The notes under the pieces were generated by a model. It saw nothing but the letters and a program-made list of their open reading frames with translations. It was not told the DNA's origin and ran no database searches. The position numbers and the translations under genes were made by a program. A stretch of 64,000 nt of DNA from an uncultured Verrucomicrobiae bacterium (GTDB lineage Bacteria > Verrucomicrobiota > Verrucomicrobiia > Chthoniobacterales > Chthoniobacteraceae): assembly GCA_963769025.1 (NCBI GenBank), contig CAVYKI010000002.1:192001-256000 (forward strand). The letters are read 5' to 3'. Positions 41,618 to 52,274 of the stretch are shown here, one piece after another (position 1 is the first letter of the stretch; each line of letters begins with the position of its first letter).

Positions 41618-43375
41618 TCACGGTTTGAAAATATCCATGACGTAGAGCACGAGGCTTTGCCCGCGCTGGAAGCGATCGTTCTTCAGCCCGAACTCGGGCG
41701 GCCCTTCGGCGAAGAGGAAAAGTCGCGCATGGTCGGCACCCCGTGGAGGGCTCGCGAGGTACCGGCGGAAGTAGGCGCCTTCGCCGTTTGCGAGGCAGAT
41801 GAAAAGCGGATGCAGGCTGCGAAGCGTGCGGATGATGGCGTCCTGGTCGCCGTAATCGCCGTAGTAGTGGCGGCCGTAATCGTAGTAGCGGTTTTGGCCG
41901 AAAAAATACTCGGAGGACTTCAGACTCGTATTCGCTGGAAGCTCGAAGCCGCCGGGTGTGAGCGTGAGTTCCGCATAGCGTCCGCCGCATTCGAGCACTG
42001 CGGTGAAGACGCGTTTGCGGAAATCCGGCGCTGCCGACACGCGAAGTGTCTTGAGCGAAAGCGCCCTGTCTTTCGCCGCAGGATCTTTTTCCGTCCATTC
42101 CTCCACTTTGAGATGCGGGGCGTCCGCCTTCATCACGCCGCGGTGCAGGAATGGCCGTGACGAAAAGAGCGGGATGTCCGCGGAAAAGTGCGCCTCCCGG
42201 CCGGTGACGATCTCACCGCGCACGTTTTCCTCGAAGGACGCCGTCCCGTAAAGGTGACCGCCACCGGCATGGCCGAAGCGATAGACGTCGCCGCTCGTGG
42301 CGAACGCGTGAACCCACTCGTGCACATCGAATCGCCCGTCGCCTAGCGGCCGGGCGATCGCGAGCGTGTGATAGATCTGCTTTTCGCCGTAGCCCCGCCG
42401 GCCGATGACCGTGAACACCCACGCGAACAACGCGACCGTGACAAGAAAGCCCGCGAGCAGCAACCGGTAGTTCCGCTTTCGCAGCACGTAAAAGACGGGG
42501 CCGATGAGGACGACGTAGAGCACCGTGAGCCAGTAGATGAGCGTCCAGTTGATGTTCGGGCGCGTGATCGCCCCGAGCTTGCTGAAGCTGAAGCTGTCGA
42601 TGTCGTTCACGTTTCCCTTGCCGTCCGCGCGGAGTTCCGGCGGTGGAAAGCCGTTCTCTTTCAGCCATTGCTCGGTGATTTCCGCGCGGCTGATGGTGTG
42701 CTTCACCACAAGCCCCGCGCCGACGCGCTGGCGCTCGCCGCTCGTGATGTTGAGCACGGCGAGGTCGTCGGTGAATTGCGGCAGTGCGCCATCCGCGCCC
42801 GGGAGCAAATGCACGGTCCCGCCGCGGCGCACCCAGTCGAGGAATGCCTCGCGGCGCGGCGCCTCCCAGTGCGGCTGGTGATCGAGCACCACCGCGGACA
42901 GTCCGTCGGTTGCGCTCACGGTCGTCGGGAAAAGGTTTTCCTGGAAGAGCCGCATGCGGACCGTCCGCATGCCCGGCGCGTTCGGGTCTGCGAGGATGAC
43001 AACCGCCGGCGGCCCGACACCCGGTTGCCCGAAATCCTCCACGCGCCGCTGGCCGTCATCCCAAGAGAGACGCCAGTTCGGGACGTAGTTCCCGATGTAC
43101 GGAAAAAACTGGACCCAGCGCGAGGAGCCGGGAGCGAGATAGACCTGCTGCTCTGAAGGCACGCCGCTGCCGGCGGAATCCAGGACGAGTTTGCCGTCGA
43201 ACGGTTGCGTGCCGCGGTTGCTGACCTCCACCGACACCACATTGAAACTCCAGTGTTGGACCTTGCCATCAAAGCCCCACAGCGCAGGGCCGACCTGAAG
43301 CGCCGCGTGCGACTCCCCCGCGAGCAGGAGCGAGACCAACAGGGCGAGGACGGTGAGGAATCCGGGACGGTTCAC
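41618..43375 (-). CDS. Membrane-anchored accessory protein 2 (beta-rich domain, GATase-like domain, TM hairpin)
   Basis: Signal peptide, VEVSN..FDGKL, SAVVL...LDWVRRGG, YVVLIGPVFY. Confidence 0.75.
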   Translation of the reverse strand: MNRPGFLTVLALLVSLLLAGESHAALQVGPALWGFDGKVQHWSFNVVSVEVSNRGTQPFDGKLVLDSAGSGVPSEQQVYLAPGSSRWVQFFPYIGNYVPNWRLSWDDGQRRVEDFGQPGVGPPAVVILADPNAPGMRTVRMRLFQENLFPTTVSATDGLSAVVLDHQPHWEAPRREAFLDWVRRGGTVHLLPGADGALPQFTDDLAVLNITSGERQRVGAGLVVKHTISRAEITEQWLKENGFPPPELRADGKGNVNDIDSFSFSKLGAITRPNINWTLIYWLTVLYVVLIGPVFYVLRKRNYRLLLAGFLVTVALFAWVFTVIGRRGYGEKQIYHTLAIARPLGDGRFDVHEWVHAFATSGDVYRFGHAGGGHLYGTASFEENVRGEIVTGREAHFSADIPLFSSRPFLHRGVMKADAPHLKVEEWTEKDPAAKDRALSLKTLRVSAAPDFRKRVFTAVLECGGRYAELTLTPGGFELPANTSLKSSEYFFGQNRYYDYGRHYYGDYGDQDAIIRTLRSLHPLFICLANGEGAYFRRYLASPPRGADHARLFLFAEGPPEFGLKNDRFQRGQSLVLYVMDIFKP

Positions 43376-43460
43376 GTGGCGCGGACGGTGGCAGGGATGC
43401 GTCAAAATGTGTAGCTGCAACTGAGCAGCCACGGTCGGAAGGAGGCGGGCTTGCCGCCCA

Positions 43461-45281
43461 TCATCCCGCACGTCGCAGCCAGCGCTCCGACATCCGGAGA
43501 CAAAGCCAGCGCACTCCGAGCAGCAGAAGCGCGTAACCTAAAAAATTCCAGACTATGAACGTCCACGGCCCGCTCGCGTAGTGCAGTGAGCGATCACCGC
43601 CGCGAAAATGGACGGAAGCATCATCGAACCGGCCGGCTTCATTCGCTTCCACAATCCCAAGCGGGCTGAGGAGCGAGAGCCAGAGTCGCGGTTCGGTATC
43701 CTGCCAGCCGCCCCAGACGAGCGAGAGGAGGATCCGTGGCCCGGCGATCCAGATCGCAAAAAGGATCAGCGCAGCCATGATCGCCCGCGGGCGCACCTGC
43801 AGCGAGAGGGCGAGGAGAAGCGACGTCCAGACGATCAGCGGCGGATACACTGCAAGGACGAGCGCGTAGCTCATCCAATATCGCCAGAGCGCGACCCATT
43901 TCGTGTCCGCGGAAACGTATTGGTATTCGGACCACCCCTCGACCGCGAACACGACCGCGAGCATCACGCCGAACAAGATCCAGTAACGGCGAAGTGCGTG
44001 CGCTTTCTGGCGGAGAATCTCCGGTGCACCAAGCGGTGTGGTCAGCAGGATTTGCAGCGTCTGGTTCGAGTGTTCTGCGAGCAGGGTGCCGGTGCTCTGC
44101 ACGGTCAGGATGACAAGCCCCGCCGCTGCGAGCACGACGGCGAGGTGGTGCAGCCGCTCGGGTCCGGCGGTTTGCGGATAGAGTCCGAGGAGAAAGAGGC
44201 TCGATGCCAGCGTCACCCCTCCGGCGACAACGGTGAAATAGTAATAACGCGCACGCCCTCCGAAAACGCTGCGCCCGCTCTCGCGCCACGCGACCGGATT
44301 GTCCCCGGGAAGGTCCGTGTGTTTCGGCCAGAGCGAGTGGAGCCATTTTTTGAACACTGCGGGGAGCAGCCGGGCTGCTCCGAAAAGGAGGCGTTCGTTT
44401 CCTCCGCTGGAAACGCGGAACGCGCGGCGCAGCATCACCAGCCGCGCGAGGAGCAGGCAGACCCCGGCTGCGATCAAGAGCGGTACGCAACGACGCCCGG
44501 TCTCTCCGAGCAGGCGGGCCCACAGTGCGGACGCATCCATTTCGCCGGTGCTGGCGACGCTCTCCTGAAACGCGAGCACATGGGCGAACACCTCAGGCGG
44601 CCAGAGCGACCAGAGCCATTCCGGGACATCGAGTCCGCGGAGGTCTGCGCCCCACAGGACGTAGCGCACGCCGACCGAGTACGCGATGGCCGCCGCGATG
44701 TGGATGAGTGCGGTGCCGAAATACGCGGCGAGCATCGCGCCGGTCGTCGTGCGGCACCACGACGAGCAGAGCAGTGCGAACGCGCCCGTCTGCAGCCACG
44801 TCACCACCACTACCATCGCTCCGGACGTGAGGAGCTGTGGCGACACGCCGCCATAGCCCATCGTGATCGCGCCGAGCGGCAGCGCGAGGAGCAGGAGCGT
44901 CATCATCGGGAGCAGGCCGGCGAGATACTTTTCGAGCAGCATCTTCGTCGGCGACATCCGCGTGAGCAGCAGCAGCGAGAGGGAGTCGCGCTCCTTCTCA
45001 TAGGTGAGCACTCCCGCCATGAGGGCCGGCTGGAAAAGCAGGACGCCCCAGCATTGGAATTCGACGAGCTGCTGGAAGAGGTGGCGCCCCAGCCCGAGCA
45101 CGCCGAGGCCGGTCGCGTCGCCCGCTGCATTTCCGATGAGCCGCCGCAGCGCGAAAACAAAAATCACGTAAAGCGCGAGCCCGTACACCACGCGCGCGGC
45201 ATACGTGCGCTTGCGCGCTGCGCGCTCAGTGAGCTCGCGCGCGAGCAGCGGAAAGGAAACGATGGAGCGCAGGGAAATCAC
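43461..45281 (-). CDS. ABC-2-type permease-like protein A
   Basis: PLLAREL, YEKERDSLSLLLLT, YGGV, NPVAWRE. Confidence 0.82.
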   Translation of the reverse strand: MISLRSIVSFPLLARELTERAARKRTYAARVVYGLALYVIFVFALRRLIGNAAGDATGLGVLGLGRHLFQQLVEFQCWGVLLFQPALMAGVLTYEKERDSLSLLLLTRMSPTKMLLEKYLAGLLPMMTLLLLALPLGAITMGYGGVSPQLLTSGAMVVVVTWLQTGAFALLCSSWCRTTTGAMLAAYFGTALIHIAAAIAYSVGVRYVLWGADLRGLDVPEWLWSLWPPEVFAHVLAFQESVASTGEMDASALWARLLGETGRRCVPLLIAAGVCLLLARLVMLRRAFRVSSGGNERLLFGAARLLPAVFKKWLHSLWPKHTDLPGDNPVAWRESGRSVFGGRARYYYFTVVAGGVTLASSLFLLGLYPQTAGPERLHHLAVVLAAAGLVILTVQSTGTLLAEHSNQTLQILLTTPLGAPEILRQKAHALRRYWILFGVMLAVVFAVEGWSEYQYVSADTKWVALWRYWMSYALVLAVYPPLIVWTSLLLALSLQVRPRAIMAALILFAIWIAGPRILLSLVWGGWQDTEPRLWLSLLSPLGIVEANEAGRFDDASVHFRGGDRSLHYASGPWTFIVWNFLGYALLLLGVRWLCLRMSERWLRRAG

Positions 45282-47236
45282 GGCTCGGGCGGCGCGCTGA
45301 ACCGGCGGTAGATGGTCGTGACGCTCCCCTCCTGCCGCCACGCGAGGAGGAACGGTGCGCCGCGCGCGTTGTCATCTTCCATCGTGCGCAGCAGCGTACC
45401 GGTCACGCTGGGAGCACGGCCCAACCAGGCCGTGGTGCGGAGCCGCGATCCTGGCATCTGTTCGGACAATCCGAATTGGCGGAGTGAGAACCGGTAGTCC
45501 AGCGCACCGGGCAGCGCGCCCCAGCCCGGCGATTTCGACCAGCACTGCATTCCCGCCGGCGTGGGAACGGGTTCCCGTTCCCGCACTTTCTCAAACTCCT
45601 CGTTGAACTCAAAGCGGCTGTTGCGTGCCTCCAATGCATCCCAAGGAGCGCCGGAGTCGTCCCGCGCAGCGGCGGGAAAAGAGGTCACGCGGACGAGCGC
45701 GGGCGTCCATTGCCGTAGCGAGCGTTTCATTCGGCCGCGTGATGAGGACTCCCACTCGAATGTCGCGTCGCCCGGCCGCCCGGCGGTTTCGGGACGGGCG
45801 ACGGCGGCGAAGGTGGTGGCAAGGTCACTCTCGACCCGCGGCATCGCAACGGCGGTGCCATCCTCCACGCGTACCTCCCATTCGCGGTCACGTGCGGGCA
45901 GCAGAAATTCGTAGCGCACCTCGCGGAGCACGCGCCCGTCACGGGCCACATCCACGAGGCGCACCGTCCCGCGCCGGTCGTCGGTGCCGATGCTGCGTTC
46001 TGCCGCGCGCCACATCCACGTCGCGCACAGCGCGCACAACACGGGGAAGAGCAGCCACGTCCAGCGCCGCCGTCGCAGCCAGCCGAGCAGGAGATAATCA
46101 CCGGGTCCGACGCACAGCAGCAGAACGGCCAGCATGCCGCCCACGAGCGCGAGCGGGATCAGGCGAGGAGCACCTGGGCGCAGCGTATCCATTCCCGCGG
46201 TGGCCAGCCAGAGCGCGCGGAGTTCGCCTTCGTCCTGCTCGTTTAGCCAGCGGCTTTGCCTTGCCCAGTCCTTGTCCCACACGCCCTTTGCCGCGACCTC
46301 ACGCACTTGATCGGGCGGCAGTTTCCAAAATGCCGCAACCGCCGCGCGCCACGGCTTTCCCTCAAACTCCTTCTCATCCGCTGAGCGCGTGACGACCACC
46401 GCCGTGCCCAGCCCCGGCCACAAGATGAACGGCTCACGTCCTGGAACGCTCAGCCGTCCGGCTTCGCCCAACGTGGACCGCTTTTTCGTTCCATGTCTCG
46501 TGCAGAGAGTGTCGATGAATGCGGCGTGTCGCTCTTGCACAGGCGCATCCGCGCACATCCAGAGACTCCCGCCGGACTCGACCCAGCGTGCGAGTGCGGC
46601 GAGCTGCTTTTCATTCGCGGATGCGAATGCCGGCCCGTCGAGAAACACAGCGTCGTAGGCGCACCAGCCGAGCGGATGCGCGGGCATGCTTTCGGCGGCG
46701 ATGGGTGCCGTCAGCGTCGTGAATGTGAGCCAGCCCGCGGCGTCCAGCTTTGGGCGCAGCGATTCGAGACCGAGGCTCGCTTCGCGCTTGTGGTCGAGAT
46801 CGGTCAGCCGGCGTCCGGATCGCACGATGCCGAGCACGATTTCATGTCCGCCGACTCCATAGATGCCGATCTGCTGTGCGCCGAGGTCGAGGGAGCCGTC
46901 TGGCCCGAGCCAGCGGAGTCGCGCTGCGAGGCCGTCTCCCTGATGCGCGCCCGGCGGCGGCGGGAGCAGCACCGGCACCGTGTGTGCGCCGGGCTGGAGG
47001 ACCAGCTCCGCGCCGCGATGCACGGCGGCCTTGCGGTCGCCGAGGAGCAGCGTGATTTCGAGCCGGCCTTCGAGCAGGCGCGGCGTGGGATTTTGAAAAC
47101 GGACCTCCAGCGGGATCGGACCTCCGCGGCGGAGCCGGAGATTTCCGGTTTCGAGCGTCGCGGTGAGTTCCGCCGCTTGCGCGCAATTCAATGAAGCGAG
47201 CACGGACAGCAGCAGAACTCGCCAGAGGAAAGTCAC
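45278..47236 (-). CDS. Membrane-anchored accessory protein 1 (same architecture as accessory protein 2)
   Basis: Signal peptide, YDAVFL...LARWVESGG, VGPGDYLLLG..RRRRWTW. Confidence 0.75.
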   Translation of the reverse strand: MTFLWRVLLLSVLASLNCAQAAELTATLETGNLRLRRGGPIPLEVRFQNPTPRLLEGRLEITLLLGDRKAAVHRGAELVLQPGAHTVPVLLPPPPGAHQGDGLAARLRWLGPDGSLDLGAQQIGIYGVGGHEIVLGIVRSGRRLTDLDHKREASLGLESLRPKLDAAGWLTFTTLTAPIAAESMPAHPLGWCAYDAVFLDGPAFASANEKQLAALARWVESGGSLWMCADAPVQERHAAFIDTLCTRHGTKKRSTLGEAGRLSVPGREPFILWPGLGTAVVVTRSADEKEFEGKPWRAAVAAFWKLPPDQVREVAAKGVWDKDWARQSRWLNEQDEGELRALWLATAGMDTLRPGAPRLIPLALVGGMLAVLLLCVGPGDYLLLGWLRRRRWTWLLFPVLCALCATWMWRAAERSIGTDDRRGTVRLVDVARDGRVLREVRYEFLLPARDREWEVRVEDGTAVAMPRVESDLATTFAAVARPETAGRPGDATFEWESSSRGRMKRSLRQWTPALVRVTSFPAAARDDSGAPWDALEARNSRFEFNEEFEKVREREPVPTPAGMQCWSKSPGWGALPGALDYRFSLRQFGLSEQMPGSRLRTTAWLGRAPSVTGTLLRTMEDDNARGAPFLLAWRQEGSVTTIYRRFSAPPEP

Positions 47237-48189
47237 GCCGTCTTTCCCTCCGTGAGCTTCATGAACGCCGTCTCCATGTCCACCGCGTCCGGCTGGAACA
47301 TCCGCACGCGCGCGCCGGTCGAGCGGATCGCGTCGAGCAAATCCTCGGGCGAAAGCTCGCCCTCGCGCAGCCGGATCACGAGCCGGTCCGGCTGCTCCTC
47401 GATGGACGCAACGCCCTTGATGGCGCGCATCTTTTCCAGGTGCGGCGCGGAGTCGCCTGCGAGCTGCACGTGGATGGCGCGGTCGAGCGCAAGCGTGCGG
47501 TAGATTTCCTTCAGCGGGCCGGATGCGACGACGCGGCCCTGTTCGAGGATGCCGATGTGCGAGCAGAATTGCGCGAGTTCGTGGAGGATGTGCGAGGAGA
47601 TGAGGATCGTCTTGCCCATGGTCTGCAATTCCTTGAGCAGCTCGCGCATCTCGATGCGTGCGCGCGGGTCGAGGCCGTTCGCCGGTTCGTCGAGCAGGAG
47701 GAATTCCGGGTCGTGCAGCAGCAGCCGCGCGATGCCGAGCCGCTGCTTCATGCCGCGCGACAGGCCCTCGACCGGCGCTTGCGCCTTCGCCGTGAGGTCC
47801 GTGAGCGCGAGCACGTCGGCGATGAGGGCGCGGCGATCCGCGCTCGGGATGTGATACGCGGCGGCGAAAAAGTGGAGGTATTCCTCCGCGGTGAGATCGT
47901 CGTACACGCCGAAGAAATCCGGCATGTAGCCGATCTTCCTGCGCACCTCCGAGGCGTGCGTCCGAACGTCATGGCCGCACACGTGCACCGTGCCGGAGCT
48001 GGGTCGGATCAACGTGGCGAGCACCTTGATGGTCGAAGTCTTGCCCGCGCCATTCGGGCCGATGAATCCGAAGATCGCCCCGCGCGGAATCTCGAGGGAG
48101 ATGCCATGCACCGCCTCCGTCTTTCCGTAGCGCACGGTCAGATTGGAGATCGAGACGAGGGGCGGCGCTTCCAGCATGGCCGCGACCAT
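47233..48189 (-). CDS. ABC transporter ATP-binding protein
   Basis: GPNGAGKTS, LSRGM, LLLDEP; paralog of 40651-41604. Confidence 0.95.
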   Translation of the reverse strand: MVAAMLEAPPLVSISNLTVRYGKTEAVHGISLEIPRGAIFGFIGPNGAGKTSTIKVLATLIRPSSGTVHVCGHDVRTHASEVRRKIGYMPDFFGVYDDLTAEEYLHFFAAAYHIPSADRRALIADVLALTDLTAKAQAPVEGLSRGMKQRLGIARLLLHDPEFLLLDEPANGLDPRARIEMRELLKELQTMGKTILISSHILHELAQFCSHIGILEQGRVVASGPLKEIYRTLALDRAIHVQLAGDSAPHLEKMRAIKGVASIEEQPDRLVIRLREGELSPEDLLDAIRSTGARVRMFQPDAVDMETAFMKLTEGKTA

Positions 48190-48310
48190 GACGGAATTCG
48201 CAGCGATGCCGCAAGCGTGCCTGCAGCGCAGTACCGAACAGTCGCGGGAGCCGTCCGCAGCCCAGACGGGCTTCCTCGGTCCCGGTGTGAGTTGTTGCGA
48301 TGCGGCGCGG

Positions 48311-49192
48311 TCAGGGCTTCAGCCAGCCCATGCTGCCCATCCATTCGCCCACGCGAACGAGCCAGTCGGCGGCCGGCAGGCCGGATTTCCTCATTCCGAA
48401 GCCGTGGCCGCCCTTCGCGTAGATGTGCAGCTCCGCGGGGAGGTTCAGCTTCTTGTATTCGAGATAGAGCAGCGCACTGCCGCTGGAGCTGGTCTGATTT
48501 TTGTCATCGCCGGCATGGACTAGGCACATGGGCGGCGACTTCTCCGTCACTTTGATTTCGGGCCTCAGTGTGAAGGTGTCCTCCTTCGTCACGAGATACG
48601 CGGGATAGACGGGGATGGAGAAATTCGGCGTCGCGTCGTCCACATCCAGCGCCGGATCGGCGGTGTAAGTGCGATCGTTCGCGTGCAGCGTCGCCATCAC
48701 CGTGAGATGTCCGCCCGCGGAGAAACCAAGGATGCCGATGCGGTCGGGCTTGATGCCCCATTCCGTCGCGCGATGGCGCAGAATGCCCATGGCGCGCTGC
48801 GCATCCTGCAGCGGTTCCTTGGAAGGGTCGGCCTTGTCGCGCGCGGGGACGCGATACTTCAGCAGCGCGCAGGTGACTCCGAGCGTGTTGAGATACTCAC
48901 ACACCTGCGAGCCTTCGTGCTCGCTCGCGAGGATGCTGTAGCCGCCGCCCGGAGCGACGATGACCGCCGTGCCGTTCGGCTTGTCCGCCTTATAGATTGT
49001 GATGGTCGGCTCGGACACATTCGTCACGCGCTTCACGTCGGCGTCGCTCTTCTTGGGGATTTCCTTTTCCGCCTCGATCTTGAATCCCGCCGGCTCCGGC
49101 GCGCCCTTCGGCCAGAGCTTGAGGGTGACGGGTTCGGCGGCGAGGAGCGACGACGTGAGAAACGTGATGGCGAGCGTGGTGTGGATTTTCAT
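48311..49192 (-). CDS. Secreted alpha/beta hydrolase (esterase)
   Basis: PGGGY, GFSAGG, GGHGFG. Confidence 0.9.
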   Translation of the reverse strand: MKIHTTLAITFLTSSLLAAEPVTLKLWPKGAPEPAGFKIEAEKEIPKKSDADVKRVTNVSEPTITIYKADKPNGTAVIVAPGGGYSILASEHEGSQVCEYLNTLGVTCALLKYRVPARDKADPSKEPLQDAQRAMGILRHRATEWGIKPDRIGILGFSAGGHLTVMATLHANDRTYTADPALDVDDATPNFSIPVYPAYLVTKEDTFTLRPEIKVTEKSPPMCLVHAGDDKNQTSSSGSALLYLEYKKLNLPAELHIYAKGGHGFGMRKSGLPAADWLVRVGEWMGSMGWLKP

Positions 49193-49261
49193 GGGGATGA
49201 GGCGGGGAGGTCTGGAATTGAGAATGGCGGGATTGAAAAATCGTTCGGGACCATCGCGATT

Positions 49262-50326
49262 TCATGCACCGAGGGCCATTTTCCAGACCTGCGGGGTCCA
49301 CGCGCCGGTCTCCCATCCGTCCTTGGTGGAGAACTCGCGCACGAGCACCTCGTCGCGCGTGACTTCGACGTTCAGGAACGCCTGCGCCTCGCTGTTGAAA
49401 TGTCCTGCGTTGTCGGTGTTCAGGAAAGGCACGCCATCAGCCGCGCGCTCGTCCTTCGTGCCGTTCCACCTCACGATCCTGCGCGCGTGTGTGTGTCCGC
49501 AGAGCGAAGCGGCGGTGCGGTAGGGCTTGATGGTTTCATAGAAGGCGTGCGCGTCGCCGTAGTCCCACTCGCTGCTGCGCACCTTTTCGTCCGGCTGCTC
49601 GGTGGAGTAGCGATGGACATCCACATGATGAACGAACACGACGGGCCGGCCGCTGTTGCCGACATGCTCGCGGAGATCGCGCTGGAGAAAAGGCAGGCTG
49701 CCGAGCGGCGCGTAGCGGCGAGGGCGCTTCACCGCGGGCGCGTCACCGACGACGATGCCGAGTGCGACGAAATGCACGCCGGCCCAGTCCCACGAATAGT
49801 GCAGGCCATTTTCCGAGACGTTCGTGAGCCCGGCGCGGCGTTTGTTGCGCGCGATGATTTCATTCACCATCGGCGTATCGCCGCGAGGGCCGTCGTGGTT
49901 CCCGTGAACCTCGCGGACCGGCCAGCGCAGCCGCCCGTCGCCGCCATTCAGTCCCCAGTCCGCGAGGAAGGCTGCCGTCTCCGTCTCCGCCATCGCCTGC
50001 TTCGCCTTGCCCTTGTCGCCATTGTCAATGACGTCGCCCGCGTGGATGACGCCGTGCGGAACCGGGACGCTGCCGCCTCCCGCCTCGGCGGAAAACGCGG
50101 TTCCCGGCAGCCGGTTCAGCCAGCCGATAAGGCGCGCATTATAGCGCGCGGAAACGGCGTCCATCGTTGAATGCTCATCATCCTCCGCGCAGTAATGCGT
50201 GTCGCCCACGAGGAAGAATGAAGCCTTCTCCGGTTTCGTCGCGGCTGCCCAGGAGTTGCCGGTCAGCACTGCGGCCCCGCTTCCGAGGGCGAGTTGTCGG
50301 ATGAATTGGCGGCGTGTGCGCTTCAT
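49262..50326 (-). CDS. Tat-exported metallophosphoesterase
   Basis: TRRQFI, DTH, GDVID, GNHD, GHTH. Confidence 0.9.
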   Translation of the reverse strand: MKRTRRQFIRQLALGSGAAVLTGNSWAAATKPEKASFFLVGDTHYCAEDDEHSTMDAVSARYNARLIGWLNRLPGTAFSAEAGGGSVPVPHGVIHAGDVIDNGDKGKAKQAMAETETAAFLADWGLNGGDGRLRWPVREVHGNHDGPRGDTPMVNEIIARNKRRAGLTNVSENGLHYSWDWAGVHFVALGIVVGDAPAVKRPRRYAPLGSLPFLQRDLREHVGNSGRPVVFVHHVDVHRYSTEQPDEKVRSSEWDYGDAHAFYETIKPYRTAASLCGHTHARRIVRWNGTKDERAADGVPFLNTDNAGHFNSEAQAFLNVEVTRDEVLVREFSTKDGWETGAWTPQVWKMALGA

Positions 50327-50552
50327 GGGGCAGGGGGGAGATTCACGGTGCGGGGTAAATGGGGATGAATTGGTGACGCTGACAGCCGGCGCGCGGTTTC
50401 GCGAGCGTCTTGTTGGAGTCGAAATCGATTCCCTCTGCCGAGAAGAGCGCGGCTCGCAGCGGACGTTCGCAGCGATCGCTGCGCGAACGGACTTTGCACG
50501 CCGGTTTCACGAATGCCTTCCCACGTCGCGACTCGGTGCTATTTTTCGCGGT

Positions 50553-51344
50553 ATGGATGAAAACAGCGAACCACCGCAGGGACTCGAAGTCCGAACCTAC
50601 TTTGTCCGCGAGCGCAACGCGCTCGTGGCGCGGGCGGACTTTGGCGAGCTGTTTGTGGACTACTACCTGCACCAGGGCCAGATGGGCCGGCAGAACCGCC
50701 CGGCCGAGGACACGATGATCAAGGAGGCGCTTGCTGCGCTGACGCTGCATTGCGCCTCGCGGCCGAGGAACGAGACGACCGCGTGGACGATCCATTTCAC
50801 GGACCCGCTTGTGAATCTCTTCGTCACTGGCGACAACAACCGCGGCACGGTGGTCGGGCAGCTCTTCACCGAGGATGTGAAGAACGACGGCCGCCATCTT
50901 TTCATGGGCGACACGGTGCGCGGCATCACGCCGGCCCGGCGCAGCGTCGTGGAACTGAAGGACGCGGACGTTTTCACCGGCGTGGAGCGCTATTACGACC
51001 AGAGCGAGCAGCGGCCCGCGCGGCTGTTCCGGCATGCCGAGGAGGATTTCGTGATGGTGAGCGCGCATCCGGATTGCGACATGGCGTGGTTCGAAGCGCT
51101 GGATGACGCGGCGGTCCGCAAATTGGATCAAACGGAGACGCTGACGCTACTGGAGAAGCGTTACTACCGCTGGGAATGCGGCTGCACCGAGCGGCGCATG
51201 ATGGACATTCTCAGTTCTACGATGAAGCAGGACGCCGATGCGCTGTTCGGCGAGGAGCCGCTCATCCGCATGAGCTGTCCACGCTGCGGCGCACGCTACA
51301 TGATCACGCGGGAGGCGATGGAGGCGCACGTCGCGGCGAAATGA
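50553..51344 (+). CDS. hslO: Hsp33-family redox chaperone
   Basis: YYDQSEQ, CGC...CPRC zinc motif. Confidence 0.85.
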   Translation: MDENSEPPQGLEVRTYFVRERNALVARADFGELFVDYYLHQGQMGRQNRPAEDTMIKEALAALTLHCASRPRNETTAWTIHFTDPLVNLFVTGDNNRGTVVGQLFTEDVKNDGRHLFMGDTVRGITPARRSVVELKDADVFTGVERYYDQSEQRPARLFRHAEEDFVMVSAHPDCDMAWFEALDDAAVRKLDQTETLTLLEKRYYRWECGCTERRMMDILSSTMKQDADALFGEEPLIRMSCPRCGARYMITREAMEAHVAAK

Positions 51345-52171
51345 CGGACGCGAATGCGATCCAGGAAGCGGCACTCGATGCGGATTACGTCGCGCGTTTC
51401 GGCGGCATCGGGCGGCTCTTCGGCAATGCCGCGATGGAACGCCTGCACTCGGCGCACGTGTGTGTCGTCGGCATCGGCGGCGTGGGCTCGTGGGTCGTCG
51501 AGGCGCTCGCGCGCACGGGCATCGGTGCGCTGACGATCGTGGATGCGGATGACGTGTGCGTGACGAACGTGAACCGCCAGCTTCCCGCGCTGACCGACAC
51601 CGTGGGCCGTCCGAAGGTCAGCGTGATGGCCGAGCGCGTGCGGCAGATCTCGCCGTCGTGTCGCGTGGAGGCGCGCGGCGAATTTTACACGAAGGCAAAC
51701 TCCGACGAACTGCTCGCGCAACCGTTCGACTTCGTCGTGGATTGCGTGGATCGCATGTCCATCAAGGCGCACCTCATCCACGAATCCCGCCGCCACGGCC
51801 GGCGCGTGCTCACGTGCGGCTCCGCGGGCGGGCGGCGCGATCCGTCGCGGGTGGAAGCAAGCGACCTCGGCATCGCGGGGAACGACGAACTGCTGCGCCA
51901 GGCCCGCCGGCAATTGCGCCGCGAATACGGCTGGCCGGTGGGCAGGGGAGGGCAGCCGCTGGCGATGGGCGTGCCGTGCGTCTTCACGGCGGAAAAGCCC
52001 GTCTATCCGCACCACGACGGCACGTGCCGCGCGGAGCCCGAGGAAGGCGGGAGCCTGCGGATGGACTGCGCGAGCGGATTCGGCGCGGCGACGTTCATCA
52101 CCGGCGTGTTCGGATTCGTCGCGGCGTCGGAGGTCGTGCGCCTGCTGCTGTCACCAGAAACGGAGAAGTAA
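51341..52171 (+). CDS. tcdA: tRNA threonylcarbamoyladenosine dehydratase (ThiF family)
   Basis: VVGIGGVGSW, DDVCVTNVNRQ, DCASGFG. Confidence 0.85.
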   Translation: MTDANAIQEAALDADYVARFGGIGRLFGNAAMERLHSAHVCVVGIGGVGSWVVEALARTGIGALTIVDADDVCVTNVNRQLPALTDTVGRPKVSVMAERVRQISPSCRVEARGEFYTKANSDELLAQPFDFVVDCVDRMSIKAHLIHESRRHGRRVLTCGSAGGRRDPSRVEASDLGIAGNDELLRQARRQLRREYGWPVGRGGQPLAMGVPCVFTAEKPVYPHHDGTCRAEPEEGGSLRMDCASGFGAATFITGVFGFVAASEVVRLLLSPETEK

Positions 52172-52260
52172 TCCGCAGATTGCGCAGATTAGCCCAGATG
52201 AAACTGACCTCGTTTCGTCCGATGCTTCTTCTGCGAAAATCTGCGCAACCTGCGGATGAA
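52171..52260. repeat. REP-like hairpin with 9-nt-period arms (copy 1)
   Basis: ATCCGCAGATTGCGCAGATT (52171-52190) / AATCTGCGCAACCTGCGGAT (52238-52257), between convergent genes. Confidence 0.8.
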
Positions 52261-52274
52261 ACTGCCTCGTGCGC

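Noticed and set aside
51341..52171. ThiF/E1-like gene as the UBact activating enzyme
   Set aside because: Motifs fit TcdA, it lies ~17 kb away, and UBact lacks the C-terminal Gly-Gly used by E1 chemistry.
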